Positions 12,272 through 21,153 of a stretch of 21,912 bases of DNA are shown piece by piece (positions within the stretch are counted from its first letter, which is position 1; every line of letters begins with the position of its first letter). Origin of the DNA: Tubiluchus corallicola. Lineage: Eukaryota; Animalia; Priapulida. The notes under the pieces are model-generated. The model was not told where the DNA came from. It saw nothing but the letters and a program-made list of their open reading frames with translations, and searched no databases. The translations under genes and the position numbers were made by a program. The stretch covers positions 1 to 21,912 of the forward strand of contig JAQGDQ010001896.1 in assembly GCA_030141605.1 (NCBI GenBank). Direction: 5' to 3'.

Positions 12272-14790
12272 GTCAAGAAAGTCCTGTAAGCGAGACTTTT
12301 CGTCAAAAAAGTCATGTAAGCGAGACATTTCGTCAAGAAAGTCATGTAAGCGAGACTTTTCGTCAAGAAAGTCATGTAAGCGAGACTTTTCCCCAAGAAA
12401 GTCATGTAAGTGAGACTTTTCCTCAAGAAAGTCATGTAAGCGAGACTTTTCCTCAAGAAAGTCCTGTAAGCGAGACTTTTCGTCAAGAAAGTCATGTAAG
12501 CGAGACTTTTCCCCAAGAAAGTCCTGTAAGCGAGACTTTTCCTCAAGAAAGTCATGTAAGCGAGACTTTTCCCCAAGAAAGTCCTGTAAGCGAGACTTTT
12601 CGTCAAGAAAGTCATGTAAGCGAGACTTTTCCTCAAGAAAGTCCTGTAAGCGAGACTTTTCGTCAAGAAAGTCATGTAAGCGAGACTTTTCGTCAAAAAA
12701 GTCATGTAAGAGAGACTTTTCGTCAAGAAAGTCCTGTAAGCGAGACTTCATCAAGAAAGTCATGTAAGTGAGACTTTTCCTCAAGAAAGTCATGTAAGGG
12801 AGACTTATTGTCAAGAAAGTCATGTAAGTGAGACTTTTCCTCAAGAAAGTCATGTAAGGGAGACTTTTCGTCAAGAAAGTCCTGTAAGCGAGACTTTTCG
12901 TCAAGAAAGTCACGTAAGCTAGACTTTTCGTCAAAAAAGTCATGTAAGCGAGACATTTCGTCAAGAAAGTCATGTAAGCGAGACTTTTCATCAAGAAAGT
13001 CATGTGAGACTTTTCGCGAAGAAAGTCATGTAAGCGAGACTTTTCGTCAAAAAAGTCATGTAAGCGATTCTTTTCGTCAAGAAAGTCATGTAAGGGAGAC
13101 TTTTCGTCAAGAAAGTCCTGTAAGCGAGACTTTTCGTCAAGAAAGTCATGTAAGCGAGACTTTTCGTCAAGAAAGTCATGTAAGCGAGACTTTTCGTCAA
13201 GAAAGTCATGTAAGCGAGACTTTTCCTCAAGAAAGTCCTGTAAGCGAGACTTTTCGTCAAAAAAGTCATGTAAGAGAGACTTTTCGTCAAGAAAGTCATG
13301 TAAGAGAGACTTTTCGTCAAGAAAGTCATGTAAGCGAGACTTTTCGTCAAAAAAGTCATGTAAGAGAGACTTCGTCACGAAAGTCCTGTAAGCGAGACTT
13401 CATCAAGAAAGTCATGTAAGTGAGACTTTTCCTCAAGAAAGTCATGTAAGGGAGACTTATTGTCAAGAAAATCAAGAAAGTCATGTAAGTGAGACTTTTC
13501 CTCAAGAAAGTCATGTAAGGGAGACTTATTGTCAAGAAAGTCATGTAAGTGAGACTTTTCCTCAAGAAAGTCATGTAAGGGAGACTTTTCGTCAAGAAAG
13601 TCCTGTAAGCGAGACTTTTCGTCAAGAAAGTCACGTAAGCTAGACTTTTCGTCAAAAAAGTCATGTAAGCGAGACATTTCGTCAAGAAAGTCATGTAAGC
13701 GAGACTTTTCATCAAGAAAGTCATGTAAGCGAGACTTTTCGCGAAGAAAGTCATGTAAGCGAGACTTTTCGTCAAAAAAGTCATGTAAGCGATTCTTTTC
13801 GTCAAGAAAGTCATGTAAGGGAGACTTTTCGTCAAGAAAGTCCTGTAAGCGAGACTTTTCGTCAAGAAAGTCATGTAAGCGAGACTTTTCGTCAAGAAAG
13901 TCATGTAAGCGAGACTTTTCGTCAAGAAAGTCATGTAAGCGAGACTTTTCGTCAAGAAAGTCATGTAAGCGAGACTTTTCGTCAAGAAAGTCATGTAAGC
14001 GAGACTTTTCCTCAAGAAAGTCCTGTAAGCGAGACTTTTCGTCAAAAAAGTCATGTAAGAGAGACTTTTCGTCAAGAAAGTCATGTAAGAGAGACTTTTC
14101 GTCAAGAAAGTCATGTAAGCGAGACTTTTCGTCAAAAAAGTCATGTAAGAGAGACTTCGTCACGAAAGTCCTGTAAGCGAGACTTCATCAAGAAAGTCAT
14201 GTAAGTGAGACTTTTCCTCAAGAAAGTCATGTAAGGGAGACTTATTGTCAAGAAAATCAAGAAAGTCATGTAAGTGAGACTTTTCCTCAAGAAAGTCATG
14301 TAAGGGAGACTTATTGTCAAGAAAGTCATGTAAGTGAGACTTTTCCTCAAGAAAGTCATGTAAGGGAGACTTTTCGTCAAGAAAGTCCTGTAAGCGAGAC
14401 TTTTCGTCAAGAAAGTCACGTAAGCTAGACTTTTCGTCAAAAAAGTCATGTAAGCGAGACATTTCGTCAAGAAAGTCATGTAAGCGAGACTTTTCATCAA
14501 GAAAGTCATGTAAGCGAGACTTTTCGCGAAGAAAGTCATGTAAGCGAGACTTTTCGTCAAAAAAGTCATGTAAGCGATTCTTTTCGTCAAGAAAGTCATG
14601 TAAGGGAGACTTTTCGTCAAGAAAGTCCTGTAAGCGAGACTTTTCGTCAAGAAAGTCATGTAAGCGAGACTTTTCGTCAAGAAAGTCATGTAAGCGAGAC
14701 TTTTCGTCAAGAAAGTCATGTAAGCGAGACTTTTCGTCAAGAAAGTCATGTAAGCGAGACTTTTCGTCAAGAAAGTCATGTAAGCGAGAC
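12272..14790. repeat. 30-bp tandem satellite, about 84 monomers, with a higher-order repeat
   Basis: Unit CGTCAAGAAAGTCATGTAAGCGAGACTTTT. Diagnostic variant monomers recur at 785-bp spacing (TTCGTCACG at 13371 and 14156; CACGTAAGCTAGAC at 12911, 13632, 14417). ORFs at 12097-14779 are artefacts of the 30 = 10x3 period. Confidence 0.98.
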
Positions 14791-15128
14791 TCTTTGTTTT
14801 TATACTGTGTTATTGTAGAAAAATATGCAGCTACGTATTACTATTAGACTATTACGAGATTTAACACAGTGACGAACAATAAATAACCAAATGTTATGAG
14901 ATATATAGAATAAACTGGGATGATCACTAGTAATTAAAACTCATTGATTAATAAGAATAAAGAAATTTTAATTAGGACAACATGTTAATGTCAACATAAT
15001 TATAAACCAGAATTCATGGAATTTTGATATCAAATTTGGGAGAAATAAAATGCCAAAAAGTGGGTATGCAATCGCACTGTATTTGAAAATGTCGAATTTA
15101 GTTAGCTATAAACAATTGAACTTTGAAT

Positions 15129-15199
15129 ACCGTGGTCTTGCGGTTTAAGGCGTCTGCAATGTAGGCAGAAGGTCCCTGGTTCAAATTCAGAAGGTCCCT
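15129..15199 (+). mobile_element. tRNA-derived SINE head or decayed tRNA-like sequence
   Basis: A-box-like GTGGTCTTGCGGTTTAAGGC, anticodon-arm-like TCTGC-AATGTAG-GCAGA, B-box-like GGTTCAAATTC. No acceptor stem; CAGAAGGTCCCT is duplicated. Confidence 0.55.
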
Positions 15200-15434
15200 T
15201 GTGCATCCTAACTTTTTTTACATTTCCTTTCTTGCAAGTTTGGTATCAAAATTTAGTAACACGGAGCTTTGTAACAAATCTAGGTCGAAGAAGTTCGAAT
15301 TTTCGAAGCATAAAGTTGCCCCATCGTTGTTTTGCAATGCGGCTGATGTTGCACCAAAATTTCAAAGTATTTGTACACTGCCACGGCAGTGACGTCATCA
15401 GCATCACGGGTCACTAGAGTCAGCAAAACAAATA

Positions 15435-15695
15435 CAGTAGGCGCCGCTTAATAGACTCACTTTGGGACCGAACGGAAGTAAATATGACATAAAACTAGGA
15501 CAGGCTCTTTGGGCACATACAAATATCTTATTCTAAGTAGGTGAAGAAAAAATATTGAGTCAATTATGCGGAGTTATTTGAGTCAATTACCCATAGTTTT
15601 TATGTATATTTGAATAGAATAGAATAGTTCCAGGCAGCTTTGAGTCAATTAAGCGATTGAGTCTATTAACCGTGGGTCTATTAAGTGGTCTACTG
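15435..15695. mobile_element. Tc1/mariner (pogo/Tigger-like) MITE, 261 bp
   Basis: TA|CAGTAGGCGCCGCTTAATAGACTCAC ... GTGGGTCTATTAAGTGGTCTACTG|TA: imperfect TIR starting CAGT, TA TSD, internal repeats of TGAGTC(A/T)ATTA. Confidence 0.8.
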
Positions 15696-16340
15696 TACAT
15701 TATTTATGATGTACATTAAGAAATTGTATCTTATTATTACGTCAATTGGATTGTAACTTCATGAGGCTCGCGATCATTCTGTATGAGAGAAAACATTCCA
15801 TACAGCCACGTGATGAGCTTGGATAGATAACTGATTAGGTAGTTACATTTTACCTGATAGCTTAAGTTTAAAATTACATACTTACATAAAATGTTACACG
15901 TATTACATAAAATTACATATATTATTGGCACAACTTTCATTATTTTATGTAAGCAACGTGTTGTGGTATCGTGTTTGTATGTTCAACTTGCATTGCACGT
16001 GGGTTTTGCCTAATAAATGATCTAGCAATCGTGCACAATATCCACATTTGATAAGGGGAATAACTTCACAGCTATTTGAAAGCTTGTAAACTGTTTTCAT
16101 TATTTCGTTTTCAGATGGCAGCACCGTGCAGGTTCCAGATTGATGGACTAGATGCTTCTTTTCAGACCATAATTTTCACTGTTTTATTATCATTACTAAA
16201 GACTACACAGAAGAGACACATTGACTGGCAATGATGTATGACTCTGGTTAAAAAGCTATTAGGTTCTGTTTAGGTGCTGCAAAAAATGTTGCACACATTG
16301 GCACATAGGCTACCATAAGAGAACGCAGAACATCTAAGTA

Positions 16341-16633
16341 CAGTCATACCTCTGTTGTCGAACGTCTCCGCACTCGTACAAATCGGTTTTCGACCAGAAA
16401 ATTCGAGCTGAAATTGTCTCCATACTCGACCAGAATTTCGGTACTCGACCAACCGCCAAACAGGTGATGAACAGATGTGCGGCGTGCCGAGTAGAGCCGA
16501 GCGTAACTGACCGCGCCCGAGTGTAGTCACGCACAACATTTGAATCTCCTAACATTGCTAACTGCTTTCTACGCTTATTTTTTCCGCTTTTTCATGCAGG
16601 AACAATTACGTTTTTCTTTCTAAGTAATTCTAT
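16341..16633. mobile_element. Left half of a Tigger/pogo-like MITE, truncated by a second copy
   Basis: TA|CAGTCATACCTCTGTTGTCGAACGTCTCCG...; colinear with 16636-16920 up to TTTCTAAG(T/G)AATTCTATTA. Confidence 0.85.
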
Positions 16634-16635
16634 TA

Positions 16636-17138
16636 CAGTCATACCTCGGTTTTCGAACGTCTCCGTACTCATACAAATTGGTGTTCGACCAGAAAATTCG
16701 AGCTGAAATTGTCTCCATACTCGACTAGAATTTCGGTACTCGACCAACCGCCAAGAACGTGATGAATGCAGGTGCTGTGAGCCGAGCGTAATCGACCGCG
16801 CCCGAGAGTAGTCATACACGTGTTTCTGCTCTTGCTTACATATACCATCACACTGCTACCAACACATAAGGTTTTTTCATGCAGGAATAATTATGTTTTT
16901 CTTTCTAAGGAATTCTATTATGTTTTTCTTATCAATTATATCATATCTATTGTTTGAATAAACAGTTTTGCATTATTATATTTCGTTTTAGTAATACTTT
17001 ACAGTTCATTTGGTGCTTGAGAACGGATTATTTGCTTTTACATTATTTCTTATGGGAATAAATGATTCGGTTCTCAACCAAATCGGTTTTCAAACACTTT
17101 TTAAGAACGAATTATGGTCGAAAACAGAGGTACTACTA
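16636..17138. mobile_element. Complete Tigger/pogo-like MITE, 503 bp, 73 nt downstream of the pelota stop
   Basis: TA|CAGTCATACCTCGGTTTTCGAAC ... GTCGAAAACAGAGGTACTACTA|TA: imperfect TIRs with TA at both flanks. Confidence 0.8.
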
Positions 17139-17211
17139 TACAAGTATGTATTGCTAAGTATGGCTTCTCTGTTATGAAAATTACATAAGAAATAATAAAG
17201 TAACATTAAAA

Positions 17212-18366
17212 TTAATTGTCACTGTCTTCTGAAGTCTCTTCATCACTTAGTTCTGGCATCGGAAATCTAAGTATTGCTGCTATACCGGTCAGCTGTCCTA
17301 ACTGTTCTCCGGACACGTGCATGCTGGAGAAGATCCTAACATCTCCTCCGCTCTCTTTCACGTTCTCCACCAAACTCACGTACTTCTTCCTTTCCGCCAC
17401 GTTTTTGCAACGAAACAATTCGTCCGATATGAGTAGCGTTTCGACAGCTTGAGCGTCGTTGGCCATCGACACGTGCCTGTAACCGTAGAAAGCTCGACTG
17501 GGATCGTTCTGCAACATGGTGTAGAAGGATTCGAGCGCCCTGACTTCCCCGGCCGCTTTTGTGTCCGCGAGCCGTGCCGTAACTGCGGGATCTTGAAGGA
17601 CTTCTTTGAGCGAATGTTTGAAACCCGACGAAGCGTGAACTAGTACGAATTTCGATTTGTTCTCGATCAACGACTTGTAGTCCAGCTTCACGGCTAGGTT
17701 GCACATGTACTCGAAGAACTGATCTTTCACGAATCCGGGGCTAGCAATGAGCACGCATTTGACAATGTCAAAATTGAAATGTCTCTGTATGGCCTGAATG
17801 ATTTGGTCGAAGAACTTGTTCACGCCTTTGTCGTGTTGGTCACAATTGCCACGTCGTTTCCGAGGTATGTGCGTTTCAATCTTTGCTCTTACTAATGTCA
17901 TACTAGAAGTAACTAAACACACGTGGGCGATTCCTTCTTGCATCACGACGGCTCCCAGATCGGCATGCTGCGTGGGATCACACGCATTGTCTATTCTTTC
18001 TAGCGTTACGCTATCCCACAGATGTTTCCCCAGAGAAAATTTCCTATTTAGCTCCAAGTCAATGGTGTGATAAGCACCCATTTTGACGTATTCGTTTTCC
18101 TGAATATTCCTGCCTTTCACGCGTAGTAAACAGGCTTGCGTGTCGAAGTCTATGGCTTCTACGGCCAAAGTTAACATGGTGCGGACACGGCTGCTTGAAC
18201 TACTTCCAGTGGAGGACTCCGTCTGTACCTTTCGAAAAGTGGACGCCTTCAAACTGTCGCCCTCGCTGATAATGTTGTACGCGTGCCACATGTCCTCGGG
18301 TTCCTCGGGGATGAGCGTCACCGAACCTCTGGAGTCTTTGTCAATCTCTTTATGGATCAACTTCAT
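17212..18366 (-). CDS. PELO: Protein pelota homolog (Dom34, eRF1-family ribosome rescue factor), 384 aa, single coding exon
   Basis: MKL...VTLIPEEPEDMWHAYN...STFRKVQTES...LRVKGRNIQENEYVKMGAYHTIDLE, IPRKRRG, ASPGF, HASSG, SMHVSGEQLGQLTGIAAILRFP and an acidic tail: full length and colinear with animal Pelota, uninterrupted. Start context GTTAAAATGA has A at -3. Confidence 0.98.
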   Translation of the reverse strand: MKLIHKEIDKDSRGSVTLIPEEPEDMWHAYNIISEGDSLKASTFRKVQTESSTGSSSSSRVRTMLTLAVEAIDFDTQACLLRVKGRNIQENEYVKMGAYHTIDLELNRKFSLGKHLWDSVTLERIDNACDPTQHADLGAVVMQEGIAHVCLVTSSMTLVRAKIETHIPRKRRGNCDQHDKGVNKFFDQIIQAIQRHFNFDIVKCVLIASPGFVKDQFFEYMCNLAVKLDYKSLIENKSKFVLVHASSGFKHSLKEVLQDPAVTARLADTKAAGEVRALESFYTMLQNDPSRAFYGYRHVSMANDAQAVETLLISDELFRCKNVAERKKYVSLVENVKESGGDVRIFSSMHVSGEQLGQLTGIAAILRFPMPELSDEETSEDSDN

Positions 18367-18367
18367 T

Positions 18368-18559
18368 TTAACACGGAAACCTAGCTGCTGTCTTCGGAAG
18401 AATCCGTACTTCGGCGATGCTTCCTTTTCTGCGACTTCTTCTTGTGTTCTCTCTTACGCTTTTTGGAATGACGACTCTTTCTTTTCTTGTGCAATTTCTT
18501 GTGCTTCGGATTTTGTTTAGAATGCTGGCCGTCGGATACGCGATCAGTATCCGTGTCAT
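18368..18559 (-). other. 63-codon alternative-frame ORF (possible uORF) ending 1 nt before the pelota ATG (TAA-A-ATG)
   Basis: Starts at the only ATG between the 18579 acceptor and the pelota start, in weak context (C at -3). It may be an incidental shadow of the overlapping exon. Confidence 0.3.
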
Positions 18560-18579
18560 CAGATTCAGAACTTCGGTCT
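18381..18579 (-). CDS. Terminal coding exon of an unidentified Lys/Arg/His/Ser-rich (nuclear or splicing-factor-like) protein
   Basis: Acceptor CGTTTTTGCAG|A at 18580/18579, then open frame DRSSESDDTDTDRVSDGQHSKQNPKHKKLHKKRKSRHSKKRKREHKKKSQKRKHRRSTDSSEDSS* with TAG at 18383-18381. Phase matches the exon at 20833-20728. Absent from the ORF track because this frame has no start codon. Confidence 0.8.
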
Positions 18580-18897
18580 CTGCAAAAACGTTAACGTTGA
18601 AAGTATTTATACAATTTTGATGTTAAATTTGCGCGACTGTTTTCTACAAAACGTGTGGGTTTTCTTTTGAAAAAGTGTGCTACAGAAATCAAAACTTATG
18701 ATAAATATTTTTATTTTACACGTGTTTTCTTGGTGCCAGTTTTCAAACTAACGTACAAATAAACATTAATTTGTGTATGCGTATTTGATACTGCAATAAC
18801 CAGCCAGTGACAACCAGCCAAAAACAGAGTGAAAACAGATAAGAGAGCAAAAACGGATCATGTACGCTGTTCTCATGTAAAACGACCCAAGTTAAGA

Positions 18898-19950
18898 TTA
18901 AAGCAAAACCAGACCCAATCTTAAACTGTAGGTGAAAACAATCTACTCTTTAAAATATTGAACGGAAACATACTATTTTTTCAAAAATGATTCATGTGAA
19001 CGAATTATTACCACACAAGCACAATTTTGCATTCGCGCCACTAGTTCTTCGCTGTTACGTGCATTTTGCCATTTGTTAGTTAGACGGGCACCAGCACATG
19101 GATTTTGGAAAGCGTTGCACAAAAAAAAACAGGTGCTGCACCTCTCAGTTCAGACGTGTTAGTTTGTGACCAATTGCACATGTTCGACAGCTCATGTGTG
19201 AGTACAGCGGTAAATTTGAAATTTTCATTTTTATCTTAAAACTTGCTTAGTTTTAGTACAACACACTGAATATTTTACAGTAGCACTGAACTTCAATTTT
19301 AGCTTTCACCACGCTCGTGGAATATTTCGGGCTCGCTCGCCGTTAATTAATTTTTAATCTATTATTTAATTATCAGGAACTCTTTTGCAAAATTACTGGT
19401 GTTAAAATGTATACTTTATATATATATATTATATACTTTATATATATATATATAATGATCTTTATTTGCCATTAAAATACATTAATAATCACTGATAAAA
19501 ACTTTACAGAGATGATCAATCAGTGTTAGTTAATAAAAACTTACACTGCTAAAGGCAAATGCGTCAGTGCAATCTAAACTACTGTGCAGTAATGGAAAGT
19601 AACGACGAATAAAATCAAACGTATTTACAACTATGCACAAAAAATGAAAAAAAAATGATTTAATTAACATGGCCGTGGATATATGAATTCTGAATTAGTG
19701 TGTATGTTGTCGTACTGGTGTGATGGTATTTCATATCTGGTTAATATTAGTGATTTTAATTTTGTTTTAAATGCTGATAGGGACTTGATTTGTTTAACAT
19801 GTAATGGTAGAGAATTCCAAAGTAGAATTGCTTGTTTGATTACAGAGTTCGTTCCATAGTGGGTATTTGTCCTAATTTGTTTTAGATTGCATGTTCTGGA
19901 AGTTTTACCATACTTTGGGTAGTAAATGGAAAATCATCCTGTCTTCCTCT
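18898..19950 (-). repeat. Unclassified dispersed repeat, copy B, interrupted by a LINE fragment
   Basis: 18898-19417 and 19917-19950 are reverse-complement homologues of 4375-3803 and 3785-3754. Confidence 0.88.
19418..19909 (-). mobile_element. 5'-truncated CR1/L2-group LINE 3' end
   Basis: Minus translation from 19909: GKTSRTCNLKQIRTNTHYGTNSVIKQAILLWNSLPLHVKQIKSLSAFKTKLKSLIL...*, the typical ORF2 C-terminal LWNSLP...FK..LK motif; stop at 19666-19664. The 3' UTR ends GGCAAATAAAGATCAT plus (TA)n. Candidate TSD ATACTTT at 19411-19417 and 19910-19916. Confidence 0.85.
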
Positions 19951-20249
19951 GATGTTTCTTGCTGTCAAAGTTACTGTAGTTTTCCGTGTCAATGTTTCTC
20001 ATACGCATTTTTGAATCATAGCTGGGGATTATTTTCATGAAAACTAGAATTAATACGGATCAAGTTTAGTTTAGAACTTAGAAAATGACCGTTTAAAATC
20101 CTGATTCGTTCAAACTTATTATGTGAGATTTTACACTTTCGCTTTGGAGATGTGATAACATAAAAAAAATACACAATTTAAAAAACTAAGTTGATGAATT
20201 AACACCTCAGATATGAGAAGTCTTTATGCAAGTTTAAAAAAATGAAACC

Positions 20250-20625
20250 CGTTGTGTTTTGTTTCTCTTGGAAGGCTCGTAGAGAAAACCAGAAAACACG
20301 CCGTAAAATAAAACTACTTTATTTAGCGAGAATTCTACAACACAAAAGTATGAAGGAATGAGAAATGATTATACTAAACGTGAAAATCTGGAAAACGTTT
20401 AGGTATATCTGAAAAAGTAAGTATACAAGAGAATGTGTAAGTATAAATCCGTGTTAGATCTGTGTGCGATCCCGTGTCGGCAGCCTGCTTCGCCTTATAT
20501 AGCGCACAGTAGAAACTTCCAGAACAAATGTTCCAGAACAATCCAAGACGGTAAGGCGGTCATTCCGACGGAACATTCTACGATGTTCTATGCAATTCTA
20601 ATCGATGCCAGCGATCTCCACAACA
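20250..20625 (-). mobile_element. Solo LTR (376 bp; BEL/Pao- or Gypsy-type)
   Basis: On the minus strand it starts TGTTGTG and ends CACAACG (canonical CA changed to CG), giving a 7-bp terminal inverted repeat. 5-bp TSD AAACC at 20245-20249 and 20626-20630. TATATAAGG near 20493-20501, then AATAAA at 20323-20318, in LTR order. Confidence 0.78.
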
Positions 20626-20727
20626 AAACCAAGTGGGCATTTAATACCTTAATGAAAACTGATATACACATACAATGTCACGGTCATTTATTTCTATTTC
20701 CTGTTTTGAGTCTCAAAATGAACTCAC

Positions 20728-20833
20728 CTATTCCGCTTTTTGTGCTTATCGGAATGTTTGCCTTTACTTCGCGATCGGCTTCTATGACGTTTATGAGTTT
20801 TCCTCTTGTGAGACTGTTCAGCTTTCTTCTCAG
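20728..20833 (-). CDS. Internal coding exon (106 nt) of the same unidentified basic/RS-rich protein
   Basis: Acceptor ATTTTTTAAATAG|CT at 20834/20833 and consensus donor AG|GTGAGT at 20728/20727. Translation EKKAEQSHKRKTHKRHRSRSRSKGKHSDKHKKRN; the trailing AG plus the first A of the next exon gives AGA (Arg) and keeps the frame. Confidence 0.8.
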
Positions 20834-20943
20834 CTATTTAAAAAATGCATCCGTCATTAAATGGCTAGTTATTATTAAAAATTTCATATTAAGAGCAGTC
20901 ATAATGGCTGTTGCAGATACACCTGTTTAGGTCCATCACCCCT

Positions 20944-21153
20944 TCCCAAGGTAGTATATGCATTAGAAGCCACAATATATTAGACTGTAGTTCAACAAGC
21001 TAGACTACTTTTTCCCCAAGGTAATATATGCATTAGAAGCCACAATATATTAGACTGTAGTTCAACAAGCTAGACTACTGTTTCTCAAGGTAATATATGC
21101 ATTAGAAGCCACAATATATTAGACTGTAGTTCAACAAGCTAGACTACTTTTTC
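20944..21153. repeat. 70-bp tandem repeat, 3 copies
   Basis: CAAGGTA(G/A)TATATGCATTAGAAGCCACAATATATTAGACTGTAGTTCAACAAGCTAGACTACT at 20947, 21017 and 21086. Confidence 0.95.

Noticed and set aside
12097-14779. Long decapeptide-repeat ORFs on both strands, and a CRISPR-like appearance
   Set aside because: The 30-bp monomer keeps several frames open and indels shift frames freely. There are no unique spacers or cas genes, and the context is eukaryotic.
15129-15199. Functional tRNA gene
   Set aside because: No acceptor stem, non-canonical anticodon loop (starts AA) and a degenerate B box; kept only as a SINE-like remnant.
15376-15417. Hairpin CACTGCC-AC-GGCAGTG followed by CTAG, resembling a Helitron 3' end
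   Set aside because: The spacing to CTAG is longer than typical, the next base is A rather than T, and no 5' end was found.
16103-16234. Strong plus-strand acceptor TTTCGTTTTCAG followed by a 39-codon ORF (MAAPCRFQ...)
   Set aside because: Short, no homology that I recognise, and no partner exon identified.
18367-18383. Stop-codon readthrough fusion of the upstream protein with pelota
   Set aside because: The 14-nt spacer puts PELO out of frame, and I see no canonical slippery heptamer for a -1 shift.
17216-18620. Antisense and alternate-frame ORFs over pelota and its upstream exon
   Set aside because: They are shadows of real coding sequence with no recognisable motifs.
20433-20930. 165-aa plus-strand ORF
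   Set aside because: It spans a solo LTR and the antisense of the 106-nt exon, with no recognisable domain.
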